DNA of 64,000 bases from positions 1,703,854-1,767,853 of the forward strand of contig CM082596.2 in assembly GCA_040954595.2 (NCBI GenBank), read 5' to 3'. The position numbers and the translations under genes were made by a program. This document shows positions 49,501 to 62,980 of this stretch, in pieces. Numbering within the stretch: the first letter of the stretch is position 1; every line of letters starts with the position of its first letter. This stretch comes from Balanoglossus misakiensis. Lineage: Eukaryota; Animalia; Hemichordata. The notes under the pieces were generated by a model. That model did no database searches, had not been told where the DNA came from, and saw only the letters and a program-made list of their open reading frames with translations.

Positions 49501-52500
49501 CGGTAAATTTGATTTAAATTCAAGAAATAGTCACTTGTGATTGGTTTATGAAAATAGTGCACTGATTTACATGACATCTGGGGGCATTAGTCACTAAGAA
49601 GACTTCATACAAACCCCAAACGCATTGTGCGTTATTTAGATAAAATGTAATTTTACCAAGTCTTGCAAACAGTCACATTAGTATTCCAAACACCATCTGA
49701 CGTATGCAGGAAGATTTTATGGCCAATGTGATGAAATGGGCTGTTAGGACTGCCTTCTGTAATGAAAGATTTTTATCGGCATTATGTATTTTAGTCGAAA
49801 ATGCATGAAAACTGAGGACAGTAATGATTTGGAGGTAAATATGTGCAGTCGATCCTGGAAGTGCACTGTGTACTAATAGCAAGTCACACAGCGACAAATT
49901 TATTGAAGCGGGACCTAGCGGCTGATGGTACAATTGTTTGGTTGGTGGAAAACATGTCATTTGTGAAAGTACATGAAGGACGGGGTTTTTCCACTTCAGA
50001 ATCTGTGCAAATCACAGATGGCTTTCAAAATGACAGGAAGTTGAGCTCTTCCGTGAAGGCGCCATCAAGGAAATTGAATGTACATCTAGAGATTTTGTCA
50101 CAGTTTGTTTACTAAGACAATTGCGTCAGACTTTTTTGAGATCGATTTCTATGTTTGTTTCACTGGGAAACTGTGATGTGTGATGCTTTGAATGACTTGT
50201 CACAAGATCTGTGTTTTTTCTGTAGACAGATATTTGTATTCAGCTTGTGAATTATAGGACTCGGTCTAGACCACAGTAAGTACTGAATGTATAAAAGAAA
50301 TGCTGAAAAACATTGTCCACTTAACTGTTACAAGCAGCAGGGCTGTGAGCTGCAAACAAAGTTGATCATCTGGAAGTGACAAAATCTACGACTGTAATTC
50401 CTTGTAAAAACTAGTTTATCATACTTTAATAGTCAATGTATCAAGCGAAGGTTAGAATATAGTAGCAAGGGAAGGTTAGAAAATGTTCTTAATGATCGCG
50501 GAAGTCTAATTTATAGTTGACAGTTATTTTCGCAAATATGTTACCCAGAAAAGACTGCTTTTCTATGCATTCTAAGAATTCAACCATGTCGTCCATACAG
50601 AAAAGGTTGGTTCTTCTGCAAGGAATTGCTTAATTTGATTGGCATGTAATTAAAGGCATTGTGAAATGGTCATTTGAATTGAGGTGAAGTGAGTTACGCC
50701 AACATGTGGCTTGTACATCTTGCATCAATGTGAGTTTATTGCTAGCCGATGTCAATATCCCTGTATCGAATGATGAGAATTACATGTATGCTGGTTGATT
50801 GTACTTCCTCTCAATTGATTGCCTGCTCAGTTGTGTGAATGTACTTTACATGTTCAAAGAAGATTCCTGTGCTCACAGTTCACTTGTTAACACATTGAAT
50901 TGCTTCTTTTCATCATCATGTATTTCCATAAGTTTGTGTTGTGTTCCTTGTACCAGACATGATAATATAGACGTCGGTGTGCTTGATATGATAATTAAAA
51001 AAAAGACTCTGACGTACCCACTCAATTGTAAGGTTTGGACTGGATTTGGTTTGCAATATATTTATTCAGGTTTCATGATAATCACAGTTGCATGTAGCCT
51101 GTATTGGCCATAAAAATTGAAACACATGCAAATATATAGAGAAACACATTTCCCCCAATACATACTAGATCTGCTGAGATAATTGGAAAGCCATTTCTCA
51201 AGTACGGTGCATTTGTGTGAAAGTCATTTGTAAAGATATTGGGATTGTCCAAAGTATGTATTAAAGTTGTATAAGTGACGAAAACAGATTATTTGAAGTC
51301 TGGGCAGAGAAAATTGTCTTTCTTTCATCATTAGAAGGATCACAGTGTCAGCCAGACTTGTAGAGTCTGAGTGAAACGACAGCCCAGCTACATGGCGTAA
51401 TGACTTCTGAGATAATTGATAACTTAATTATCTCTAACAATGGCAGCAGAAAATACCTGGAGGTATCCTGACAGCTTTTATATATCTGTAACCTTTGGAA
51501 AGCTGTAGTCTCCTATTTTATTGCCATCAACTCAGATTAGCTATTTCCAGTTACCAGACAGCACAACTAGTTTATCACACCATTTAGGTATTTATACATT
51601 CTAACGGGGGCACTCTCTGCCCACTCTTGCTTCCTTTTAGGAAAAACAGGAAATGCAAAAACGAGGAATACTGAGCATTTCCATTGACATTCGTTATACT
51701 TTGAATGTTGTTTATCAGTATTTGTGCTACAGCAGCACTTTGATGTAAGAGGCTTTCCTGGAGATGTGACTGTTATCACAAGGGATTTGAAGGCAGTTTG
51801 AACTTGAACAGAACCGTTGCACTTATATCCAGAAAATAAAGATGATATTGCCAATACTTTGATTTCAAAGGATATACCAAGTATGGCAGGCTTTCCTGGA
51901 GATGTGACTGTTATCACAAGAGATTTAAAATCAGCTTACTTAGTATAGTCCAGAATGGTGTCATCACTGTCAAAGCCAAAAAATGTCTAATTACAACCAA
52001 GTACAATATGGTAAGGTCTTAATTGTCTTAGAGAGGATATGTATGCATCTCATGTCTGAGAAAAATTTTCGTTGTAAATTACTCATTAACGAGAGTGCCA
52101 TTTGAGTTGTCATTGAAGTGATAATCCGTTCCACAAGCATGTCAGCACAACCCTGTGGAATTGCTCTTGTGAATAGTGTGACAGACATGCATTGTGCCAC
52201 GAAGTTCCTGTAGCCATAGTGCGGTGACAGTGATCGATTGATTCATTTGTGTTCTAGACACTGGTTAATGCCAGGTACGTACAGAACACAGGAAAGTGGC
52301 CTGCAGATCAGAGAGAGAGAGAGAAATGGGATTCTGCTTTCAATCGCCAGGTTTTCTGGATCACAGAAGTTTTATACACCTGAGGGTATTTTGGTCACTC
52401 ACTCCACATGTTTTCCTAAATTATGCAGGGGCGCTGCATGTATAGAATCAGAAACCTGAGCGCGTGGGAGTCTTACGAAAAAATTCCAGTGAAACCCACT

Positions 52501-55500
52501 ACAAAAGTCTACTGAAGAGTCTTTTGAAATGTGAACACTTAAGATACCCGGTATTTGATTTCTTGTGAGAAATTCAATTTTATGAAATGTGATGACTCTT
52601 AATATCTGTGTCGACAATAAAGTGTATGGAGAATTCAGACGGTAAAGCCTGCTGAAAGTAAGTACCATGTATGTCTCAAGTGGTTGGTCCAGACGTCAGG
52701 GAGGACGCTGATTTTACTTTGTTTCCCAGTGTAAGCTTGGCATGACAAGTTGGTCAGTTGGATAACACAGTGATTTCTTCAAAATATTTAACTTCAGGGA
52801 GACTGTGCAGGTACTTATAACATCTGTACATCATATTTTCGACAGATAATCATACGCAAATCGTGACGGGCTCTGTTTCAGCCACAGGTATTGCCAACAG
52901 TGAAAAGAGACATGACATTTAAAAAAATGGAACCTTTTAAATTTCAACCAGGTATAACTCGGTGGACCTTTCTCATTGCTCTGAATAATTGAAATGTCAG
53001 TGTTGCATACAAGAAATAATGATGAATTTTAATGTTTAATTTTCTTTTGAAACCCAATAATTTCTTTAGCAACCTTTATTCATTATCAAAGCAGACTAGT
53101 TCGCTACTTAGACGAGAGTAACAACAAACTTTTTCACTAAGTGCGTCAGTTTGTCAAGTAGATTTCCCGATATTGTTATCAAGACACAACACTTGACATT
53201 GCTGACATATTTTGTGAAGTTCTCAATTGGTGGCCTAGCCATTCTTTTCGAGAGAAAAGTGGCTTTGATCACAAACACTCAAGTGTTTTGACACTCATCA
53301 ACACACTTCAGTATGACGTGTGTACAATGCGTCAGATGATGCCGGACATTACAGGAAGACTGTCAATTCTTCAGGAAACTTCTCAAATGAAAGTAATTCT
53401 GATTTTGAAAGTTCAACAACAGTTCCCCTCAGAGGCATCAGACATGCTTATTGCGACATTACCGCTGGGCTAAAACAAAAGTAGCCAATCACTACAGGGC
53501 AATGATTCATTATTTTGGTGTGTAAATTGCTCCTTGGCTTGTTTGCTGCCAAATTTTTTTCATGTCGTGCCAAATCAAATATCAACAGCTCAGCATGTCT
53601 GGGGGCAGTTCTTGGACAGGATGTGACGATCTACACATAAATGTTCCAGTGTCAGTGTATATATCTTCAGCACTACGGTATATGTGCGAGTTTATCTTGT
53701 GTGTATGTTTGGGGGTAATTAATATTCAGAGAGCATTGATGGAGAATGGATGTAGCTTGCAAGCTGAAATTGATATTGATTAGGATGTCTGCATTCGCTG
53801 CACCATCTGATATTCTGCATTCAAAGAATGGCTTAGCTTGACAATTCCACTCATTACAATATGACCGCGCTCGTTTAGGTCTTATATTATCCCGCGAGAG
53901 TGTACTGATGCTCGAATCAAGTAACCCAGTTTAAGGGTAAAATGTCATTTTAAAAGTCTGAACAGATCTGCACAAGTCCATGCTCGGCTAGAACTTCTGC
54001 TCATGTTAAAAGTTCACACTATCCTTATCTCTTGAGAAGCATTTGTGCTTTCACTAATTCACTGTTTTACTGTCACTGCTGTCAGAGGAGTTTCATGATT
54101 ACATTGATGCTGTCTCTCTAACTATTAATCATACTACAGTAGTCCATCGTAAACTCTTTCAGATGCCTGTGACATCTCCTGAACCTTGGATATGGATATG
54201 ATTATGTATACATTAAAGTTAGTTGAGCTATGAGCAGATCTAGGCATCAGTGAGGTTTTAAATGGGAATATTATATGTACATATATTACGAATTGCATTA
54301 ATTTTGCAGCCCAATTAATAATATACACCCAGACTGCGTCAGTCTTTGTTGTTCATCTAAACACCACTGACGCAACCATATCTTTGTGATGCAAGAATAT
54401 TGTTAACACATTGTATGGTTGACACAAAGAAATGTCTGCAGTCCCTTACATCAACCCAAAGTTTCCCAAATCATGTTTGTAAGAAAGCACACCACTGTAT
54501 TGTAGTACGTCCTATGAGTCTTGAATTATTCATGTCGGACAGTCATGAATTATTCACAACTCATCACATGTTGGAGTTGCCAGTCATCTGTAGTGCCAGG
54601 ACACATTCATAGTTTCAATAGCACACAAGCATGATATTCTTTTGAAATGATTCTTGCACTTTAAGTTGACAGAGTTACTAATTTACTAAGCTACTAAATC
54701 AGCAGACGTCACTTTCTGGATACATATCTGCATCCCTGCCCCCTGATGACTATTTTCACACTGTGCTGCACACAGATGAAGATTGTAGTTAAGTGTCAGG
54801 AGAATTCTGTCACCATAAATAAAAAATGACTTTTGACCATGAAGGGAAATGGAAATTGGACAGTTGGAGTCTTTTGTCTCAAATGCAGAAATCCCCAGAA
54901 ATGTTTGCCATGCACAGCTAAATATTTGTCAGAGTCGAGTCACCCGAATGTTACATCAGAGTACATGTACATCAGACTTGCCCACCTGCAGACTGTGAGT
55001 CAAAGTTGCAACTGGAAAATGACCCGAGGGCAGCAATATCTCTGAGCTGCCCTCAAGGCAGACATACATTTCGTGTTGCTTACTGCACCAAAAATGAACT
55101 AACTTTTAGGTTTAAAATGCTCGACGTTCTTTCCTCGCAGGGAATACATTTCAAATTGAATTGAGGTTGGAGGCATTCATGATTAGTAGCTCTTAGCCGA
55201 AGGAAGTTTACACCAGCTCAACTTTAAAATGTGAATCTGACCAGAAGTCAAAAGGGTCAGACAAGTTGAATTAATTTTCTCGGAAATTGATAAGTTGTCT
55301 TGTTGCGTGCTCCGTGACGGGCCGGTTTTCTTGCAGTTTCTTTTTTCCCTCGGAAGAAAAGGTGTTATTGATAATTAATCAAGAAAGGCAGAACAGTACA
55401 TTACATGTACAAGAAATGGATTGCGTCTGTGACACAGATAGAGTCCCAACTGTGCTTGCAAATGTACATTTCGATGTCGATCGCAACATGCATGAATACC

Positions 55501-58500
55501 TCATTGCGTCGGTCTTTGTGTTCCATATCTAGCGCAGATTGGTTTAGTTCAGATCAGCCCAGGAGATGGACCCCCGGGAGGTTCTTGAGTGCAATTTTTC
55601 TACTTTTATTCAGTGCCAGGAAAGTGAGAGACTGTGAGACTTTTGATCTGTGAGGGAAACATGTACTCAGTTTTGTACACTGTACATTTTGTATGTTTGC
55701 TTAGGATTGCTACGTATAATCTATTTGTTTCCACTGGTGTCACTTATGAAGGTTACTTCCAAGTTGCCATTGAATTATTTATGTTACAAGCTTGAGAATA
55801 TACCTTTCCAGATAAATATTTTTGAATGAAAAAGTCAGATAGGATTATAGAGCAGAGTAAGAAAGCCAGTTGCATTTTCTCATTAATATTTACCTGGCAG
55901 GTGTATTGCATCCTTGCATTTTCAGAAAACAAAATGGTTGCCAGTGACTACCAATAAATGGTTGCTATGGAAACAAGAATATCATTCATCTTGAGATTGT
56001 ATTTATGATTAAATTGACTGTTGCCAAGTAAAAATAATCCAATTGCAGATTCATTTTACATGCTTTTGTATTGAAGCTAACATTACAACTGTTTGGGATA
56101 GAAATGTTGCAGTTTGATGTTATCGTCTTCATTCTGGATCTCAGAATGTAAACTAATTTTGATAAATGTCATCCTCTGAAATAGCACCATTTCTACACGA
56201 TTATTTGCAACATCTCGTAATCCCAGTGGACTGATGTACGGTTCACGAGGTATATTTCTGACAGCTGTCGTTCCTGATTGATGGCACTTATTTGAAAGAA
56301 TCGACAAAAGAAAATTATTTCAACGTTTTGTGACGTTATATCGTGGAGCTTGACAAGCAAGTGTACATGTAATAAACTGGGAAAACTTGCTATAATTAAT
56401 GAGAACTGTAGTTTCACAGCATATTCAATTTGATAGCTCTTGATAACAGAATTTAGTTTTAATTAAAAATTATCAAGAAGTTGCAGATGTGGAATTTGGG
56501 CAATTTTGTGAGAAATCAGTAAGAACACGATATTTAAATACGAGTCAGCTGTAAAGATTTTTTCACCCATATCATTTCGTGATAACTCACATTCAAAGTT
56601 TCCTGGGTTTAACAAATATTTTGACAGCAGTGTAAGAGAGGTTCTTCCACAAGGTACACACTGCTTTATCACCGGTTGACAAGAAACACTTCACTTTGAC
56701 AAGCGACGTTTTATGAGATACGTTTAGTGAACATCGTGCAAAGTGCGTATCAGTCAGTTTGAAGTTTGGGCTCTCAGTAATTGATGGATTGGTTTTGATA
56801 ATTATAGTTGTCTCATTGAAATAACTGGTATCGGTGAACCATTTTAAGTACAGTGAATATGACAGACTCTCTGCTTGGCATACAAGGGGGCCCAGGTAAA
56901 GAGTTTGTGCAGGAACAAATTAGCTGGATCATGACAATTTTAGTAATCTAGACGGAATTCTGTCAAATGGGGTTGGACTGTAATTATTGATTTTACAGTT
57001 TCCTCGCAGCCATTACCAGGGACTTATCCACTGTAATGAGAAGTCTGTTCATTGAAATGTCCAATACAGCAGCCATGATATGTGTGTGCATTCACAGTGC
57101 ATAAAGCCATCAGATGTGTAGTGGTCTCTTCCTTTCATGAACAAAAGGATAAACTTTGCCATTTTGCTTTATAGAGCGCTGAACTACCTCAAATCTAAAG
57201 ACTTCTCGGTATCATGAGTTCAGAAGCTCTTCACAAAATTGCGGATTGTGTTTATCGGAAGGAACAAAAAGACATCTTTTCACTATTCTTGGCAGCTTGG
57301 CATATGAAAGGAAAATTAAATTAATCTGCCACTTATGAAGATTGTATTGCCTTTTAAGGCAAACACCCATAGCCTCCCTCCATATATTCTTTCCAGTATA
57401 CTAATGCAATTCCGTTCAGAAGGTATTACAGTTGCCATTTGTACTTGATGGTAATTCTTTTATGCCTTTATCATTTATGTAATAAAATTGTGGTCAAAAT
57501 TCATGAATTAACCCTCTAAATGTTTCATTCATTCATTGGTTTTGTGCAGTCGCTTATAGTCAGCCGTGATATCACTTTTTCTCACTTGGCCACAAATAAA
57601 TGGGTGTCACATCCTTGTGCCTATGTGTTGTATTTCAAATCAGTTTGCAGAGGCATCGTGCAGAGTCTGAAGGCTAAAAATAACGTGTAATCAAGGTGAG
57701 ATCATGATGCGGCATGACAGAAAATTGATCACATTCCTGGCTGTGAAATGAAGTCAATTTGTAGGTGTGCAATTTATAATAGGTTGGAATACCACAAAAT
57801 GAAGGAAATGTTAACAGGGGTTCTAACAGTCACATCTCCCATCATTCATCGTTGTACAGTAGATTTACAACACAGCTTGTAATTGGCTGTTTACTGCTGA
57901 CTGGCTTGTGGTTTTGCCACAGTGCTGCATCTATTAGGCAGGTACACATACAGTATATTGTAACAGAAAACCCTTGTTAAAGTTAGAACCTACGATGGAA
58001 TATTTATAGGGCAAGAGGATAATTTATCACTTGTTTATAACTTGCAGATAAATGGCCAACATTGTATGGAATGTTTTAACATTTTATATCTGGTGTGATA
58101 TGTGAGCTGTTTTATATTCATGGGAAAACAAATTTGCAGCAGGTAAACTTACATGCCTGCATTTCTAGCAAGTCAGAATCTTTTGGTCTCTCGAGTTTTG
58201 CTACAGATTTGTGGGTGAGGGCGCTCATATCCTTCTGGAATTATTGCCTGGAAATATCTGGATGAATGTTTTCATGTACACTTTAAGTGTGTGATAAATG
58301 ATGGGACAGTATGATACAGTTTTAAGAGGGAAATATACTTATTTTATAAAAATGTCAAACATAGTCTTCTGACATGAATATGAGGAATCTTTTTAAATGC
58401 AGATAAATTAACATTTACGGTATCAAATTACCTGTACAGTACCTTGTGGATTAAAATTGAATGGAAGAAAACGTTAGATTATCATTCATTTTATTTGCAA

Positions 58501-61500
58501 GATTTCTGTTGTGTTGCAAGTTGAGAATTCATCTCATTGTCTTGGCCTCTGGTCTCAGTGATTCAGGGAGATTTTTAATCAAGATGGCTGCCCCATCTCT
58601 CAAGTGACTGTTGTAAGCATCGAAACAGTATGCGAAGTAACCTTGTCTTCAAAATTGTCTTTCCTTGCCTATACATTCAAAATGTCTACCGACAGTGTAA
58701 CCTGAAAAGTAGAAATGTACCAAGTCCCTTGAGGCGTATGTTTCATCATTTGCCGTTTCCTGATGGAAAGCAGACAGACAATTTCAGTATGTTGTACGAT
58801 GCCGTCACTACAAGGCCACACTGTAATAATGTACATGTATATGGGACAGAGATTGAAGATTTTATTGTGTGTGTGAGCACCACCCATTCTGACATCAGAT
58901 TCTATGTTTCATTCAAACCTAAACAGTCGGCTGTTAATATAAACCGGCATGTGCAGGCCTTGTCATTCAAAGAACGTCTTGCGCTCCACAAAGAGATGGG
59001 CACTTCAGTTTCGTTTTATTCCAAGCAGCTTATTACGTAGACCTGTGTGAAAAGAGAAAAGATTACAGAAATCTTGAGCTTTTAATAGGCGGTAATGTAA
59101 TTTTTTTTGTCAGCTTGGAAGGTGATGGCATTGCCCTGTGGCAAGATATTCAACATATTCTACGTGACAGACCTGGAATAAATTGAGCAAATCAATTAGA
59201 CTCCCTAGGCTAGTAGTAGTTTATTACGTACTCCCTAGTAGTAACGCTTATTGGAAAATCTAATATACTGTACTCATTGTACAAAATGCTAAAAATGGAA
59301 AATTGCTCACAGTAAATATGAGAGAATCAAAAATACAGATGAAAGTCATCTGTACGTAACATATACATGTGTCTTTGCAAGTTGCTGTTGGAAATACATT
59401 TTGTACATCATAAATTCAGGCCTACTATCTCCATCCTTGTTCTTACCCATATCATAAGATGAAGTGCAGATACTGTATGTTGTACATTTACCAAAATCCG
59501 CAGGGACTCTTTGTTCAGGATATTTTGTTGATAAACAGAGGAAATAAAAAATGACTTTGTCCAGTTTTACATTAACTGTGACATGCAATCTTAATAAATC
59601 TTTCAAGCATCCTTTCAACGATATCAGTATTGCTAACGCAGTGTGAATTCCATGGCGCCAGTTGTCTGCTGCACTTTTCCCAGAGTTGCTGAAAATCACA
59701 ATTTAGTAGTGTCTTGTGTGTTACTGGTCATGCATGGTTTATGAATAGTGAAAGTCAGTGTCCTAACCGCTGACATTGCAAATGAAAAATTTATGTTTTG
59801 TTTGCATAGCATTACTCAAAGGACATACACCGGCAATTTTGACCTGAAAATTATTTGTTTAAAATACAGGTGGTGATTTCCTGTGTTTTCCCTTGGTGAA
59901 TAGTTAAGTGTCAAAGTTTTTCTCGCATTACGAACAACTGTCATAATTATATTCATGATATTTACTTCACTGAGAACATGTTTCTTTGTTGTTTTATTTG
60001 CAGAAAAATACAGGATGACATTAACCAAGAGCATGCAAAAGACACCATTTTATCAAAGCAAAAGAAATTCAACCAGAGCTACTGTATGAGATGCTTCTCA
60101 ACATTTTTCTTCATCTTCAATCGACGGATCCAGTGTATCAACTGTGGGTTTAATGTTTGCAAGGATTGTGCAAAGTGTAATGAAAAGTCTAAGGAATGGA
60201 AGTGTACCACTTGTATCAGTGAAAGGTGAGGAAGATGAGGGATGAGAGAAAGAGGATGGAGAGGGAGGAAGAAAGGGGGGAATGGAGAGGGAGAGAGTCG
60301 ATGAGAGCGTCTGGTCTTCCCTCACAAATTATAACCAGCACAGAATTTTCAAAGCTGAGGTTGTTGCTCTCAAATTAAATGAGTTTTGAGTAAAATATAA
60401 TTAGATCCAAAGTATCAGGCAAACATGTTATGATTAAATTTGCAACTTGCTGTTTGCCAGTAATTGATCACAGTATGAAAAGTTGGGTGGAAACTCAAGT
60501 GGTTTTTGTTAGGCTGCTGTTGTATCACCCATTCTTCATGCACTCATCTGAGCCGTCAAAACAAACTACAAAATGGCAGTTTGATGGTCCCTTGTGTTTG
60601 GCAGACAACATGCACTTGCTTGTACTGGTGATAATACAAGCTACGTTCCTTGTCAATTTAGACGTCGGCTAGAAACAGACTGGCGCCACGAATGACGATA
60701 AATTACTCTTCAAATCACTGAAAGTTTTATCACTTCTGGGATTTTGTCACATTAAGACGCCGTCAGAAATCTCAACATTGTTTTCTTAATGGAAGTTTTA
60801 AATGTTAACTGCACAAGTAACCTTTAGAAGCCTTTAGTTTGGCTGCAAGACTTTTGATTTCAAACACTGAACAGTGTTCATGGGTGCTTAACGAACTGGA
60901 GCCGAATATTTTTCATGGGTTGTTCATTACTTTTTTGCATGGCTGGACACTACTCAGTTTAATCAATCATTGAAGATGAAAATAGCAAGTTGCTTGCAAT
61001 TGCTACGCTCAAATATGTGTCACAGACTCATCGATAATACAGATTGCCAGTAAATGTCGCCCTCTCGCGATCATTCATTCATTGTGTCTTTATGTCTTCC
61101 CCTCAATTATAAAAATCACTATTGTAAATTTAATGCACTGTAAACCCCAACGTCATCTGATTAAAGATGGATTCTGATTTCTTTGCAGAAATCTTAAGGA
61201 GCAATCCTGTGAATGGTTTTACAAGCAGATTAAATCAAGATTCAGAAGATTTGGAAGTGCAAAAGTGGTACGGTCTCTGTATAAGAGAAAAGTCGAAGGT
61301 AAAGACACCAAAGAATTGCTTTTGTGTAGATGTGTAACCCGTACACCCCCATTTATCTGTAGATGTCCAATTTAACCATAGAAAAAAATGGGTTTGGGCA
61401 AAACCATGGTGGTGGAAAGGTAAATCATTCATTTATTTACTTTCTTTTAAAGCAGAGAGTGATCAGAGCAACTCGGATTCAGGGTACGACCACAACAATA

Positions 61501-62980
61501 TGAGTCCATTATCTTCCATGTACGGAAGTAATGGTACACTGCCTAGGGAAAAAGATACAAAGGATAGCTCCACGAACACATCAGGTAAGAGAGAAAAGAG
61601 AGAGAGAGCTTTCATGATATCCAAATATATACATTGTATCATTCAATGTAACAGGTTTGAAGTAATCAGTTGACCATTTGCCTGTGTGGAGGAAACATTC
61701 ATCAGATATCCCCCTTTTCCCATTTTCATAAGATTTTATGACGAAATGAGTGTTTATTTATGAAAAAAGGGTATTGAATTTACATACACTCCAGCAGAAA
61801 AGTGTTGGATTGCAGATATAAGACCATTGCTTATATCATGGTCCATGTCACAAATAGCCCTGGCAAAACACTAACTTTTGGTCACATCACATGACAGTTA
61901 GTAGACTCTATCTTTATATACTAATCATCTGTAAAGAATACCAGTTAGGACCGTGCCAGCCACATTACATGTCCTGTACAGCCAAGCTGGTGTTTCAGTC
62001 CAGATATAAGTTTCTTCCAAAGCTGCAGGACAGAAGTTCTCCAGATTTGGCCAATTGCACAGCAAAAGATTAGGATATCCCTCTTATCAATCTTTATGTA
62101 CATATATTAAATTATTTTCAATACAGTGTGTGTCAGTGTGTATATGTGTGGGTGTGTACCGGTATATGTGTGGGGCTTTTGTGGATAGCCAAGACTTAAG
62201 ATAGACACATTCCATTTGACTCTGATATAACCCCAATCAACGCCCAGACACCAAGTATATACATCCACTCAGAGACATCATGACCAAGCCAGGCCTCTAA
62301 GCTTTTGATTGACAGATACCCTTTTATTGCCTTTCCAGAAATCAAAACAATTTTACATAACTTCTACTTCTCCGGAAAACAACCCTAAGTATCAAACTTT
62401 GACCCTAATCCCCCAGTCACTTGTTTTGCAATGTTGTTTTGTTTGTGCCTTTGAAAAAATCTAATTTGCGTTGCTTTATTATTTTGCTGCTGTGCTCATG
62501 CTTAATTCCCTTTATGCAGAAAATAACAGATTGGCATGCTTTTTGCATTTTTGTTTCAATAACCCACTTTCACTTTCTGCAAAGATTGCTGCTACTTTGT
62601 GTATGCTGTATTTTCTCCCTTATGTACCTCACACTTTTTGCGATGATCTATGATTTGATCTTTGATATACTTTTTTCCAATTTGGTGATTTATATCAAAT
62701 GGTCTTGACGTATCCACAGTTTAAAAGCATTCACATCATGATACAGCCTTTCATTCTGCACTGGTTATCCTTTAAAAAAATTGCATTTTTATCATTTTTC
62801 ATTGTTCGTCACTTTTCTTTGTTCATCGGCCTGCAGCACTTTTGTTCATTGCATGCTTTGTTTTTGCAGATTCTGACTCAGATTCAGATTCCACCTCTGA
62901 TAGCGATTCCGACCCCAGGGCCCAAAGTTTCCATACGGTCTGCCAAGAGCTAGAACGAATGGTAGTCCAATTGCAACAAC
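43531..62980 (+). CDS. MYRIP: Rab effector MyRIP / melanophilin (Slac2) family protein, 5' part; gene continues beyond the window
   Basis: Coding exons: 43531-43745, 60004-60225, 61189-61298, 61456-61584 and 62870-62980, with consistent phases (2,2,1,1,1). Slp-homology domain with an 8-Cys zinc finger: MGRKLNLSHLNEDECKHILEVIQRDFKLRQNEAQRVGKIQ...CMRC...CINCGFNVCKDC...WKCTTC...QSCEWFYKQIKSRFRRFGSAKVVRSLYKRK. It is very close to the vertebrate MYRIP N-terminus and is likely the pro-ortholog of MYRIP and MLPH. Confidence 0.9.
46094..47665 (+). CDS. Reverse transcriptase portion of LINE ORF2 (stop-free frame of 523 codons, N-terminally truncated)
   Basis: Motifs: TCRLDPIPT, NFRPVSNLPFLSKILE, QSAYKPGHSTETAL, LLDLSAAFDTV, GVPQGSVLGPILF, FYADD, LNDDKTE, LGVILD, and C-terminal HITPILYQLHWLPV...GDRAFTVAAPILWNNLP typical of L2-like elements. 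Confidence 0.93.
   Translation, partial: EPTTADEIDKVIRASPSSTCRLDPIPTKIFKHSDILQVLLPHITEIFNNSLQYGAVPPHFKEAIVKPLLKKPSLDHEVLKNFRPVSNLPFLSKILERIVAKRLTSHIVNHSLDEPLQSAYKPGHSTETALLKVTNDILLALDEKRDVFLVLLDLSAAFDTVNHTILLNRLRDRFGLSDTVLMWFKSYLSNRSQCVLVNSTQSPFYPLDTGVPQGSVLGPILFNMYTSPLGELVQSHGCLYSFYADDSSLYMSFSKDNAARTVSNLELCISDVRFWMSENFLCLNDDKTEFVIFSGILGDLSARGISEIRVGDSLIPVHCQAKSLGVILDSCLTMKPHIGQICRSATFHLRRIALIRKYLSHSATEQLVHAFITSRIDSCNSLLFGLPKYSINRIQRVQNIAARVVTRSKITCHITPILYQLHWLPVTERIVFKMLVLIFKSIHKLGPIYLSSMTNLYVPCRNLRSADQFKLCPVRSRTKSYGDRAFTVAAPILWNNLPLTIRQAPDLSVFKSNVKTLLFKSVF
46094..47790 (+). mobile_element. 5'-truncated L2/CR1-group non-LTR retrotransposon in a MYRIP intron
   Basis: An RT open frame is followed by a short 3' UTR with a stem-loop (AGCGTCA 47694-47700 / TGACGCT 47725-47731), AATAAA and a (TTA)n/AT-rich tail. 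There is no endonuclease domain or ORF1, and no clear target-site duplication. Confidence 0.92.
51750..51930. repeat. 33-bp perfect direct repeat, copies 138 bp apart
   Basis: AGGCTTTCCTGGAGATGTGACTGTTATCACAAG at 51750-51782 and 51888-51920. Confidence 0.85.
61335..61424. mobile_element. Short degenerate MITE-like element with imperfect terminal inverted repeats
   Basis: Ends TAACCCGTACACCCCCAT...ATGGTGGTGGAAAGGTAAA are imperfectly complementary and resemble TTAACCC...GGGTTAA termini. Similar short fold-backs occur near 3694-3780 and 30121-30152. Confidence 0.35.

Noticed and set aside
33778-59699. Assorted 100-136 aa ORFs in the large MYRIP introns (33778, 35850, 38703, 49224, 50799, 58630, 59346)
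   Set aside because: They show no domain motifs, have the composition of AT-rich non-coding DNA, and lack coherent splice structure.
61476-61500. DSGYDH as a beta-TrCP degron in the MYRIP-like protein
   Set aside because: It lacks the second Ser of DSGxxS at the canonical spacing.
62420-62869. Possible microexons in the T/TGC-rich intron segment before the last visible MYRIP exon
   Set aside because: AG acceptors at 62519 and 62584 have no convincing frame-preserving GT donor; this cannot be supported without RNA data.
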